A program made the position numbers and the translations under genes. Shown here piece by piece: positions 30,170 to 42,680 of a stretch of 64,000 nt of DNA (the stretch's first letter is position 1; each line of letters opens with the position of its first letter). The stretch is taken from assembly GCA_964016885.1 (NCBI GenBank), contig CAXHJY010000007.1:1-64000 (forward strand). Direction: 5' to 3'. This stretch comes from Eledone cirrhosa (taxonomy: Eukaryota). The notes under the pieces are model-generated. The model saw nothing but the letters and a program-made list of their open reading frames with translations, was not told where the DNA came from and searched no databases.

Positions 30170-31863
30170 TTGGAATAATTAGTAAAAACATAATAGATAG
30201 GTTTTTGCCAACATTAAAATTGAGGTCAAGGCTTAACTTATGGAATGGCACTAGTGAAGTCATAGATTGGTTCAATAACATTGATAATATGAAAATCATA
30301 AATTCATTCAAATGGACATAGCGAGTTACTACTCCTCAATAACTCCTAACCTTTTGAATAAGGCGCTTTCATATGCATATAAACACACTGATCTATCTAG
30401 TGAGGAGATTAATATTATTTTAACGGCAAGGCGAACCTTGATTGACTTTAATAATGATTTTTGGACTCGTTCGGATAGGCAGCAGAATTTCGACATTACT
30501 ATGGGCTCGTCCGATTCCGCGCACGTTACCGATCTTCTGGGAATTTTCATCCTTAATATGATAAATAGAAAACTGCAGGAGATTACCGTTGGTTTATATA
30601 GAGATGACATATTATTTACTGTAGTTAAACATAATAGCAAATTAAATAGAGTAAAGAAAGTAATTATAGAATTCTTTAAAAATTACGACCTGAAATTAGA
30701 AGTAGAAAATAACAATAAAATAGTTAACTTCTTAGACGTAACCCTTAATTTAAACTCAGGCCTATATTACCCCTTCCATAAACCCAATGAAAACCTAAAT
30801 TATGTTAGTTTTTATTCTAATCATCTTAAAAGTGTTAAAAATGATTATCTGCTAACAAATCCATTTCTAATAGTAAAGCTGGATATTATAATGAAGCGTT
30901 ACATAAAGCAGGATATAAAAATAATATTGAATATGTAGTAGAAAAAAATAATAGTAATTATAAACACAATATTCATATTAATAATGATAATAAAACTGAC
31001 TGTAAAAATATAAATAAAAATAACAATTTGGAGAATAAATCGGGGGAAAAAATTAGAACTAGATCTATTATTTGGTACACCCCACCAGCGTCTTTAGCTA
31101 TTAAAATACCTTTACCACATTTATTTTTTAAAGCCTTAGATAAATGTTTCCCTAGATCACATAAGTATTACTCTATCTTCAATAGTTAAACTTTCTTACT
31201 CAACAACTATAAATATTGCCCAAAATATTGCAAAAATTAATAGCAAAATTCTTAATTCAAACCAACATATAATTAGCGATAATAACAATAATAATAATAA
31301 TACAGTAGTTAATGCGAATAACAATAACAATAATTTAAACACATATAGTAGAACACCTAGAAATATTAACAATGATAATACGAACAGTTTAAGTTATGGA
31401 AATAGGATGGAATTGAACTGTAACTGTAGAAGGAAATCTGAATGCCCTTTACAAAATAATTGCCTTGATAAAAATTTAGTTTATAAATGTACCATTAAAA
31501 CAAATTATAATATTACTTATAACTACATAGGTGCAACTTCATCGAACTTTAAACTTCGCTTTGCCAATCAAACATACTTTCTCTAATCCAGATAAAACAT
31601 TTTCTACTTCATTATCACAATTAATATGGTCTTTAAAAGAGAAAAATATAAAATACTCAATTTCTTGGGTTAAACTTAGAAACTCTGAATTCTATCGAAA
31701 CGCTTCCTTCTCACCAAACTGCAATCTTTGCAATTTGGAAACTCTATTAATAATTACTAATTATGGTAATTTAATTAATAAGAAAAACGAGTTATTTGGA
31801 ACTTGCCTCCATAAATCTGGAAAAACATTTCAAGCATCATATAAATTTAGCAAAAAACACTGA
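30170..31863 (+). pseudogene. Penelope-like RT plus GIY-YIG endonuclease, frameshifted
   Basis: DIASYYSSI, TMGS, GLYRDD, FLDV; linker CNCRRKSECPLQNNC (CxCx5Cx5C); VYKC..YIG; CNLC..E..CLH. Confidence 0.9.
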
Positions 31864-32372
31864 ATGAGGAAAAAAAAAATATTGACTTTTATTAATAATT
31901 CTTGAAATGCTACAGTTGTTATAATGTATAATGTTTTTATAACTTGAATTTTATAAATTTGCAATTTGAAATACCTTCTGGCTTTCAAAGCATTTAGTTA
32001 ATTTAAATGATCAAATATGCTGTACGGAGTTCACTTGTTTACATTCATCGTATATAATTTTCGTTTTATCCAAATGGATGAATAATGTATATTTAACATA
32101 ATTTATACTGTTGCATATAGTAAGATTTGGTTGACTCGAAATAATAATACTTTCAAGAGTAAATATAACTATTAATTAATCCTATATGTAATTGACAACT
32201 ATTGATTTAAACTGTTTGTAATGTTTATAATGTTAATAATTCTAAACATTATATAAAATGCATATACTGATGGTGATATGCGATTAAATTATGATAAATA
32301 TCCTCATACATATTTACTATGTTTGTAAACTTCATTGGTAGATAAAAATGTCTCTGATTTTTGAATTTTGTA

Positions 32373-33641
32373 GGTGGCCCTTAAAAGGGCCAAATTAGAA
32401 AACAAATTTAAGTTAATTAGAAAACAAGTCATGGTTATCAAATAAATTTGATTTATTCATTTATATTTTCATTATTCACCAACCTTATTCAAAAGCATGT
32501 TTATAAACATTTTTTTCACCAACCTTATTCAAATGCATGGAATCAGATGACGGATATGTTCTAATAACTTTTGGAAAATTTCTCCTTTAAATTCATACCG
32601 CCACATGAATTCAATGAGATGGGTTTGAAGCAAATTTCTGGCTGTCCCGTTTTCCCTTTTATTCCTATTTTTTACGTGTTTCCACAAGCATTCTATTGAT
32701 TCGTTGTGGCAAATGTTACTGGATCAACAAAATTGATCGAATGGTTCACCGTCAAATGTTGATAGCATAGCTGATCGATCGTATTATAGGAACGCCATAG
32801 ATCAGATATTATGGTTGTCCCTGGCAATATACGATCCTGTATAATGGTTAAAAGTGTCTCCGCTGTCCTGTCTTCTACTGCTACTAAAATACATCATCTG
32901 TGTTTTCACAGAATGGCCACGATGGTATTTCCTTCTGACGAATGCGCTTTCATCAATCTCGACAATTCGGTTTGGCCCGCCAAGCTTAATGTTTTGTGCC
33001 ACATAGTACTCTGCACATACATCACGGCAAAAATTTCGCCAATCTGCTACGGCCACATTCGCGATACGACATTCCTCTGAAATCTTCTTTTGCCCAAAAA
33101 TATAATATATCAACTATTTGTTCACACTTCAAATTGCTATTTTCTAAAAATGTGCCTTTTCTAATAGAAACCTGTTTTCTACATGGTCTTGTACATGACT
33201 AGATAATCCCATCTGACACATTTTGTTTCGCTACTTCCAGCATACGTTGACCACATGAAGGGCAGACCTTTTGTGTATTCAGAAGTCCTTGAATTTTCAA
33301 CCAATTGACGGTATCTGCTGTAGGTAGCGATGGAAAGATCGCGATGGTTAATTCCCTTAACACTTGGATATCTTGTAGAACTCATTTTTCAACTTGCAGA
33401 TGCGTGTATTATCACAAAGTGAAGATTAAAGTTTATTTATTTACACGTGGTGTTGGTGATGATTGTTGCTGATTGGTGGGGATTGTCTCCATGAGGACTG
33501 TCGCTTGTCTCCATGGCCACTGTATCCATGCTTTTGAATAAGGTTGGTGAAAATAATTTGTTTTCTAAACATTTCTTCATAAATATATAGGGTTGGTGAA
33601 AGAAATTTGATAACCATAATTTGGCCCTTTTAAGGGCCACC
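32373..33641 (-). mobile_element. Merlin (IS1016/IS1595-like) DNA transposon, decayed transposase
   Basis: 24-bp TIR GGTGGCCCTTAAAAGGGCCAAATT at both ends; DWRNFCRDVC..GGPNRIVEIDES..RRKYHRG, HLTVNHS; no TSD visible. Confidence 0.88.
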
Positions 33642-33710
33642 TATATTTTCATTTAAGTTAACTCCACTGTTGGTGAAAATGACTTGTTTTTTATATTGAT
33701 AACCATAACT

Positions 33711-33859
33711 ATGAAAATATGTGACGTCATTCGTCAACCTTCCCCTACTTTCACTTCTGACAGCTAATAATACCATGAACTGTAAAAATACAGTTCATGG
33801 TATTAGCTGTCAGAAGTGAAAGTTGGGGAAGGTTGACGAATGACGTCACATATTTTCAT
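33711..33859. repeat. Near-perfect approximately 150-bp palindrome (foldback element)
   Basis: Arms of about 70 bp around a 4-nt AAAA loop. Confidence 0.9.
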
Positions 33860-33860
33860 G

Positions 33861-34837
33861 TGTGTGTGTGCAAATTTCAATAATATTAAGACACCCTATA
33901 GTGAAAAGTTTGGCCAATAGATGGAACAAGATTTTACGAACTCCTCCTATGGTTTTGGAGATAGACCCCCCATAACCATATATATTCTGAAACTACATTG
34001 CCCAGGGTACTTTTCATTTTAATCAAAGGGTTCATCGGGGGCACAAAACCGCCGCTGAAACTTTACCTTCGATTTATATGAAATTTAAACCATAGGTAAA
34101 TGACAAGATATGATGCCTATTCACAAAATTTCAGCAAATTTCAATAAAATTAAAATACCCTAATGGGGGTTAAACCCCCTATTAGGGTTCACCGGTGGCA
34201 CAAACCCCTGCTGAAAATGTTTTCCCTTCGATTCATATGCAATTTAAACCATAGGTAAACGACAAGATATGATGCCTATTCACATCATTTCAGCAAATTT
34301 CAATAAAATTACAATACCCTAATGGGGGTTAAACCCCCTATTAGGGTTCACCAGGGGGCACAAAATCCCCGCTGAAAATTTTTTCGGTTCGATTTATATG
34401 CAATTTAAACCATAGATAAATGAAGAGATATGATGCCTATTCACAAAATTTCAATACTATAAGACACCTTAATGGTGGTTAAACCCCCTATTAGGGTTCC
34501 CCGGGGGTACAAACCCCCGCTGAAAACTTTTTCCTTTCGATTTATATGAAACTTAAACCATAGGTAAATGACAAGATATGATGCCTATTCACAAAAGTTT
34601 TCAATTGATATTTTGAAAAAAATTATTTACAAGAAACAAAATAAGAATAAGATTTAATAATGCAATTTTGATTTGATATATTACAAAAAATGATGTTTTC
34701 CAATTTTTCATGCATTATATTTTACATTGAGTAATATTGAGTTTTTCTCCATAAATTATATCACTGATGTAAAATCAATCATCATTTTCTTACAAAAAAA
34801 TGTGTGAAACGCAGCAAGGCGCTGGTAATTCGGCTAG
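33861..34837 (+). mobile_element. Non-autonomous Helitron with about five approximately 120-bp tandem repeats (about 34030-34595)
   Basis: 3' CAGC-aaggc-GCTG hairpin then CTAG|T; repeated AAACCATAG(G/A)TAAA..GATATGATGCCTATTCAC. Confidence 0.65.
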
Positions 34838-34874
34838 TATATATATGTGAGTGTGTGTGTATATATATGTATGT

Positions 34875-35860
34875 GTGTGTGCTCATTATGTAGGAGAGGT
34901 GTAGGTAGAAACTCCATCCTCTGCCCCATATGCAAACTATGGGTACACAAGAGATGTAGTGGGATCTCAGGAAGTTTAGTTAAGAATGTAGGCTTTACAT
35001 GTAGCAGTTGCACCAGGACAGTAAGCAGAAAACAATCACTGAAAACAAGTGACATCAAAGTCTGGAAGGACTTGGTAAAAACAATACCGAATTAGCAGCG
35101 GAGGGGGGGGGGGTCTGAAAGAACGGGATGGAAGAAGTTGAGGGAGCTACTGCCACAGCTGGATACAAAAGGCTTTTCCCTCAGAATAAAAGGTAGACTG
35201 TATGATGTGTGCATATGAACGGCAATGTTGCATGGTAGTGAGAGCTGGGTGCTGTGTGTAGAAGACTTGCGTAGATTAGAAAGGAATGAAGATTGTATGC
35301 TCCGATGGATGTGTAATAGTAATATACGCGAACAGCAAAGCATAAACAAACTGAAAGAGAAACTAGGCATAAGAGGAATCAAATGTTGTGTGCAGGAGAG
35401 GAGATTATGTTGGTATGGACATGTGATTCGTATAAAGGATGACAGCTACATAAAGTCCCAGAAAGACTTGAGATGAAGTGATAAAAGACGACCTTGCCCA
35501 ATTGCACCTCTGAAAGGCAATGACACAGGACCAAGATCTCTGGCGTTATGAGGTAATACAGAAACCCCAACTTCCCACGGGCCCAGGCCAAGGCTGAACA
35601 TACATACAGTATGCACCACTCCATCCCACCCACCAATATACCTTTCATGAGAACAGGCCGAAACACTGTAAAGTGGTCGTGATGGTGACACTGTAAAAAA
35701 CATCGAGTCCACACTGTAAAGTAGTCGTGGAGGAATCACAACAAAAAACACCCAGTACTCACTGTAAATGAGCTTGGCATTAGGAAGGGCATCCAGCTGT
35801 AGAAACCAAGCCAAAATCAGTTCTTTATGAGCAAGACATGGTCACCTGACCTAACATTGC
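34875..35860 (+). pseudogene. PHD-RTE LINE 3' fragment
   Basis: CSLCRRGVGRNSILCPICKLWVHKRC..CSSC; MLHGSESW; shared 3' UTR. Confidence 0.85.
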
Positions 35861-35870
35861 CAACAATAGA

Positions 35871-36209
35871 AGGCACATGGCTCAGTGGTTAGAGCATTGG
35901 GCTTGCAATTGAAAGGTTGTGAGTTTAATTCTCGGACCGGGTGATGTGTTGTTTCCTTGAGCAAGAGACTTTATTTCACATTGCTCCAGTTTACTCAGCT
36001 GTAGAAATGAGATGATAGGGACTGGAGTCCATATCATTCCACTGCAAAGTGGTCGTGGAAGTGCCACGGCAAAAAAGCACCCAGCACTCACTGTAAAATG
36101 AGCTTGGTGTTAGGAAGGGTATCCAGCTGTAGAAATCAAGCCAGAATCAGTTCCCGTCCCACCCTTGCAAGCAGGGAAAAGCGGACGTAAAATGATGATG
36201 ATGATGATA
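35871..36209 (+). mobile_element. tRNA-derived SINE with CORE-like body and PHD-RTE-derived 3' tail; other copies 37438-37799(-), 59851-60147(+)
   Basis: TGGCTCAGTGGTTAGAGC head, CCTTGAGCAAG..ACTT body, TTAGGAAGGG(C/T)ATCCAGC tail, (GAT)n end. Confidence 0.85.
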
Positions 36210-37199
36210 TATATATATATATATATATATACTCACACTGGTATCTACATGTCTATGGTAAGGCCAGAATTCAATTTAGTACAGGAGTAAAAATCCCAGC
36301 AAAATCAGATGATGAGAGTTTTTGTTTTTGTAGTTGGCTATCACCAAATTGGATTTTGTTACATATTCAGATGAGCTACAGAGTCATATATATGTTGAAC
36401 AAAAGGCGACGTTTAATGTTTAATTAGTTCATTGTTTTACAATCATTTCAGAAAGTTGATTGGCCATAATAAATCGATATAGTGACTAATTGATAGTAGT
36501 TATGCTACTCCATATTATTAGTCTTCATATTATAGATTCCTCTCACCATCTTCATCAGAAAGATTTGTCAGACTTGGTGGTGGAATAGTGTGGTGGATGA
36601 GACAATTAAAGCCAATATTCAGGCATGTAAAGAATGGTAGAATAGGGGAAGCAGAGAACTCTACCAAAAAGCCAGTGGCAAGGAAGCAGAAAATACAATG
36701 TTTAAGTATGCTTTGTGACATGAGGACCAAAGACATGAAGTGATCAAGATTACAAGGCAGTGTGTTGGAAAATGGTGATATTGTTAAGGAGAAGTGTGTT
36801 GATATGATAATGATGCATTTGCTGTCACCGACGCTGAAAAGAAAGTAGAAAAAAACAAAACACCCAGCACTCACTGTAAATGAGGTTGGTGTTAGGAAGG
36901 GCATCCAGCTGTAGAAATCAAGACAGAATCAGTTCCCGTATGAGCAAGACAAGGTCAGCCGACCGGACACTGCCCACAACAGGACAACCCATGCTAGCGT
37001 AGAAGAACTGACATAAAATGATGATGATGAAATATAACAGAGTTTTATAGCTTGCTTGAAGCATTGATGAATAGGAAACACAAATTTAAATTTTGAAAAC
37101 CTAGTTGAGGGCCTTTGAACCCCAGGCTATTGCAATAGCTGCTCTAGATTCTAGATGTGGAAGACGGGACCTTTGGTACCACACAGTGACATCCTGTTC

Positions 37200-37437
37200 G
37201 AGAATTGGTCCAGCTCTCAATGCGAAAGTTTGGTCTTAGTCCCCCCCAGGATTTTCCATATGTATATCATTGCATATCTCTCCTGTCTTCATTCCAAGGA
37301 GTAGAGTTTCAGTTCTTTTAGACTCTCCCAGTAGTTTATCTCCTTCATCGTGGCAACCTTCTTGGTGTAGCTTCATTGGATTGCTTCAAGCTCCATGGTT
37401 AGTTTGATACTATGGGGGTGACCACAGCTGGGAGCAT
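37200..37437 (-). pseudogene. CR1-type LINE 3' fragment
   Basis: YWESLKELKLYSLE*RQERYAMIYIWKILGG. Confidence 0.7.
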
Positions 37438-37854
37438 TCATCATTTCATTTTACGTCCACTTTTTCCCTGCTTGCAAGGGTGGGACGGGAACTGATTGTG
37501 GCTTGATTTCTACAGCTGGATGCCCTTCCTAACACCAACCTCATTTACAGTGAGTGCTGGGTGCTTTTTTCCCTTGGCACCTCCACATCCACTTTACAGT
37601 GTGGGCTGGGTTCTTTTTTGCCGTGGCACCTCCACGACCACTTTGCAGTGGAATGATAGGGACCCCAGTCCTATCATCTGATTTCTACAGCTGAGTAAAC
37701 TGGAGCAATGTGAAATAAAGTGTCTTGCTCAAGGAAACAACACATCACCCGGTCTGAGAATTGAACTCACAACCTTTCAATTGCAAGGCCAATGCTCTCA
37801 ATCCGTATGTATATATATATATATATACTCACACATATATATAAACTAATATAT

Positions 37855-37922
<68 letters not shown>

Positions 37923-38020
37923 ATAATTGTTTCTACGTTAGGCACAAGGCCAGCTATTCACCAGTGTATTACTGGTACTTTATTTTATCGACCCCGTAAG
38001 GATGAAAGGCAAATATATAT

Positions 38021-38576
38021 AGTAATAATAATACATATGAAGACTAAAATCCAAAGAGGGCTCGATAGGGATAAATATATATCAATTATATAAGAACCGT
38101 AGAGCAAATATTTATTAAAATAACAGATTAAAGTTTAAGCAAAGAATCGGCTGCTTTCACCCTTAATGGGATCTTCCGAAACTAAAAAAATAATCAATCT
38201 GTGAACGCAGAAGTAAATATTTCGAAAAACGTTGCAACCGAAGGAAGACAGGAAGACGATACTTTGGTTCGTGGAGACGTAGTTTTAGGTATTTCTTCCT
38301 GCTTGGTACGGGTATATTCTTTGTAGAAATATTCAGATGTTTCTGCATGATGAATATAAGTCAAGGGAGCCAAATAGTAATAATAATAAATTTGAAGACT
38401 AACATCCAAAGAGGGCTCAATAAGGATAAATATATATCAAATATATAAGAACCGTAGAGCAAATATTTATTAAAATAACAGATTAAAGTTTAAGCAAAGA
38501 ATCGGCTGCTTTCACCCTTAATGGGATCTTCTGAAACTAAAAAAATCAATCTGTGAACGCAAAAGTAAATATTTCT
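38021..38576 (-). mobile_element. Partial tandem Penelope-like remnant: pLTR - ORF start - pLTR, each pLTR with a hammerhead (38132-38183, 38487-38538); related copy 57757-57890
   Basis: Two approximately 200-bp direct copies; between them MQKHLNISTKNIPVPSRKKYL, resembling a PLE N-terminal KNIP motif. Confidence 0.7.
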
Positions 38577-38699
38577 AAGCCGACCTTTCCCAATTGCACC
38601 TCTCTAGGGCAATGACACACGACCATGACCTCTGGCGTCACACAGTAATACAGATACCCGACTTTCCACTGAACATATAGACAATATTTGTTTTCCTTT

Positions 38700-41110
38700 G
38701 TTTTTTTATGTCCTATCAACTAATCCGACCTCCAAAATGCTTGCAATTGACTATTTTTTTAGCATATTAACAACAAATATGATTTCCACTGCAATTAAAC
38801 ATGACTAGCTTTGTGAATGGTTTTTCCACCCACTTTCTGCCTACATTTTTCTACAAAGCTAATCATTGACGATAGGTTTCAAAGTTATATTCATTCATAA
38901 TATGTGAAAAAAATAGTCAACTGCGAGGATTCGTGCGATGTAAATGGTAGGAGTAGGTGTTTTGTAATAAATTTACCATATGGTGAAGTATGGTTAAGGT
39001 GAAGTATATGGTGTGGATTGGGGTAGATTAATGTGCTGTGGTGTGCTTTATGAGGATTTAAATTTCCAGTTTGATTTATGTAAGAAAAAAAATTTTTCCT
39101 TCATTTTTGCATGTGCTATCAACTTCTAAGATGCTCGCAGTGGACTATGCTTTTAGCATATTAACAAAAAATATGACTTCCGCTGCAATAAGAAATGACT
39201 AGCTTTGTAAATGGTATTTCCACCCACATCCTCCCTCTTTTTTCTACAAAGCTAGTCATCAGGTTTCCATGTCATAACCATTGATAATATGTGCATAAAA
39301 TAGTAATTTGCAAGCACCATTTATGTCAAATTGGGTAGTAAGCACTCAAAAAAAAAAAATGCCAAATGAAAATTTGTCACACCAAAATCAATAGCTTGGT
39401 GTGATGTAGTATGGTGTGGTTTGGTGAAGTTTCTACAAAGATAGTCATTTTCGACAGGTTTCCATGTCATAATTATTGATATGTGAAAAAAACAGTAAAT
39501 TGGGAGCAACTTTAATGTCAGATTGGGTGGTAAGCACACAGAAAAAAAAAGGAAACTGGAAAAAAATGTTCACGCCAAGATCAATAGCTTGGTGCGATGT
39601 AGTATGGTGTAACTTGGTATGGTGTGGTTTGGTTTGGTTTGGTTTGGTGAAGTTATGAAATGGAAACCAATTGTAAACGATAGATTCCCATGTCATATTC
39701 ATTGATAATGTGTGGGGAAATAGTCATTTGCAAACACCTTTGATGTTAGTTTCAGGTGGTAACCACAAAAAAAAAAAAGCAGGTAGCAAATTTGTCACAT
39801 TGATCTCCATACCATGGTGTGATGTAAATGGTAGGAGTAGGTGTTCTGTAATAAATTTACCATATAGTGGTTATGTTGAAGTATATGGTGTGGATTGACG
39901 TAGATTAATGGGCTGTGGTGTGCTTTGTTATAAGTGAGGATTTAAATTTCCACTTTGATTTATGTTAAAAATAATTTTTCCTTCATTTTTGCACGTGCTA
40001 TCAACTTCCAAGAAGCTCGCAGTGGACTATGCTTTTAGCATATTAACAAAAAATATGACTTCCGCTGCAATAAAAAATGGCTAGCTTTGTAAATGGTATT
40101 TCCAGCCACATCCTCCCTCTTTTTTCTACAATGCTAGTCATTTTCATCAGGTTTCCATGTCATAACCATTGATAATATGTGCATAAAATAGTAATTTGCG
40201 AGCACCATTCATGTCAAATTGGGTGATAAGCACAAAAAAAAACTAAATAAAATAAAATTGCCAGATGAAAATGTGTCACACCAAAATCAATAGTTTGGTG
40301 TGATGTAGTATGGTGTGGTTTGGTGAAGTTTCTACAAAGATAGTCATTTTCGACAGGTTTCCATGTCATAATTATTGATAAGTGGAAAAAAAATAGTCAA
40401 TGGGGAGCACCTTTAATGTCAGATTGGGTGGTAGGCACACACACAAAAAAAAAAAGGAAACGGGAAGAAAATGTTTCACACCAAGATCAATAGCTTGGTG
40501 CGATGTAGTATGGTGTAACTTGGTATGGTGTGGTTTGGTTTGGGTTGGTGAAGTTATGAAATGGAAACCAATTGTAAACGATAGATTTCCATGTCATATT
40601 CATTGATAATGTGTGGGAAAATAGTCATTTGCAAGCACCTTTGATGTTAGTTTGAAGTGGTAACCACAAAAAAAAAAGCAGGTAGCAAATTTGTCACATT
40701 GATCTCCATACCATGGTGTGATGTAAATGGTAGGAGTAGGTGTTCTGTAATAAATTTACCATATAGTGGTTATGTTGAAGTATATGGTGTGGATTGGGGT
40801 AGATTAATGGGCTGTGGTGTGCTTTGTTATAAGTGAGGATTTAAATTTCCACTTTGATTTATGTTAAAAAAAAATTTTTCCTTCATTTTTGCATGTGCTA
40901 TCAACTTCTAAGAAGCTCGCAGTGGACTATGCTTTTAGCATATTAACAAAAAATATGACTTCAGCTGCAATAAAAAATGGCTAGCTTTGTAAATGGTATT
41001 TCCAGCCACATCCTCCCTCTTTTTTCTACAAAGCTAGTCATCAGGTTTCCATGTCATAACCATTGATAATATGTGCATAAAATAGTAATTTTTGCATGTG
41101 CTATCAACTT
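38700..41110. repeat. Higher-order tandem array, unit about 0.9 kb built from approximately 160-bp subrepeats
   Basis: GCAGTGGACTATGCTTTTAGCATATTAAC recurs at about 39140, 40020 and 40920; AGGTTTCCATGTCATA recurs within units. Confidence 0.85.
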
Positions 41111-41114
41111 CCAA

Positions 41115-42460
41115 CTGTTTAGGTTAATGTTAGTTTTAGTGTAAGTGTTCAGGTTAGTGTTAAAGTTAGTTTTAGTGTTAAGGTTAGTGTTAGAGATTGT
41201 GTTAGTGTTTGTTTTTGTGTTAATATTTGTGTTAATATTAGTTTTAGTGTTAGAGATTGTGTTAGTGTTTGTTTTTGTGTTAATATTTGTGTTAGTATCT
41301 CTGTTAGTGTTAGTTTTAGTGTAAATGTTCAGGTTAGTGTTAGTGTTAGTGTTCAAGTTAATGTTAGTTTTAGTGTTAAGGTTAGTGTTAGAGATTGTGT
41401 TAGTGTTAGTATTTATTTTTGTGTTAATATTTGTGTTAGTATCTCTGTTAGCATTAGTGTTTGATGTTTCCATTAGTGTTAGTGATTGTGTTAGCGTTAG
41501 TCTTTGTTTTTGTGTTAATGTTAGCGTTAGTATTTCTGTTAGTGTTAGCATTAGTGTTTATGTTAGTGTTCAGGTTAATGTTAGCTTAGTTTTCAGGTCA
41601 GAGTTAGTGTTCAAGTTAATGTTAGTTTTAGTGTTAGAGATTGTGTTAGTGTTTGTTTTTGTGTTAATATTTGTGTTAGTATCTCTGTTAGCGTTAGTGT
41701 TTATTTTAGTGTTGAAGTTAATGTTAGCTTAGTTTTCTGGTTAGTATCAGTTTTCAGATTAGTGTGTATGTTAGTGTTACTTTTAGTGTTAGTGCTCAGG
41801 TCAGTGTTAGTGTTTATGGTAGTGTTAGTTTTAGTGCTAGTGTTCAGGCTAATGTTTGTGCTAATGTTAGTTTTAGTGTAAGTGTTCAGGTTAGTGTTAG
41901 TGTTTGTATTAGTGTTTACGGTAGTGTTAGTTTTAGTGCTGGTGTTCAGGTTAGTGTTAGTGTCAGTTTTAGTGTTAGTGTTCAGGTTAGTGTTTGTGTT
42001 AGTTTTCTATTTAATGTTAGTTTTCAGATTTTGTGTTTGTGTTAGTTTTCATGTTAGCGCTAAGTTCACTGTTAGAGCATGTGTGAGTGCAAGTGTTAGA
42101 GCATGTGAGTGCAAGTGTTAGAGCATGTGTGAGTGCAAGTGTTAGGGTAAGTTATTTTTAAAGTTCGGTTTTAGCTTAAAGTTAGGTTTTCTACTTTCCA
42201 GGAAAAAAGTTGATCCTCTCTAACTTGAGTGGTGTGATATAGTGTGGTAAAGTATAGTGTTTCATAGTCTTGTGTCGTGTTGTCTATTGTTGTATAGTGT
42301 AGTATGGTATATTGTTTCATAGCATGGTCTGATGTGAGGTCGTACAGTGTTTCGTAGTGTGGTGTTGGATAATGTGGTATGGTATAATGTTTGTCAGTGT
42401 GGTGTGGCATGGTTTGGTATAGGTTGATGTAGTGTGGCTTAGTTTGATTATAATAATACA
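41115..42460. repeat. Degenerate (GTTAGT)n hexamer tract followed by a pentamer-like GT-rich tract
   Basis: Directly visible low complexity. Confidence 0.9.
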
Positions 42461-42519
42461 AATAATAATAACAATAATAATAGTAATAATAATTGTTCTT
42501 CTTGTTCATTTTCTTTGTC

Positions 42520-42680
42520 TTCGTCTGTGCCTTTGTTTTGTTCTGTGCCTTTGACTTCTTCTGTGCCTTTGACTTCTTCTGTGCCTTTGACTTCTTCTGT
42601 GCTTTTGACTTCTTCTGTGCCTTTGACTTCTTCTGTGCCTTTGACTTCTTCTATGCCTTTGACTTCTTCTGTGCCTTTAT
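42520..42680. repeat. 18-bp minisatellite TCTGTGCCTTTGACTTCT, about 8 copies
   Basis: Directly visible; reads KGTEEV on the minus strand. Confidence 0.95.

Larger units (their letters stand above)
26737..32372 (+). mobile_element. Penelope-like element (Naiad-type), 5'-truncated, preceded by an inverted and partly tandem-duplicated pLTR
   Basis: 32063-32372 is the reverse complement of 29859-30168; about 27198-27828 is duplicated from 27829 onward; hammerhead present in the inverted part. Confidence 0.8.

Noticed and set aside
31425-31470. Possible selenocysteine recoding in the Naiad zinc finger
   Set aside because: All four Cys codons are TGT/TGC; no in-frame TGA
34030-34595. Regularly spaced repeats resembling a CRISPR array
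   Set aside because: Whole units are repeated with no unique spacers; eukaryotic Helitron-internal tandem repeats, no cas genes
35871-35940. tRNA-like sequence
   Set aside because: SINE head with a decayed B box and no acceptor stem; continues into a SINE body
41054-42121. ORFs rich in TN, LV or SV repeats
   Set aside because: Artefacts of a hexamer repeat lacking stop codons
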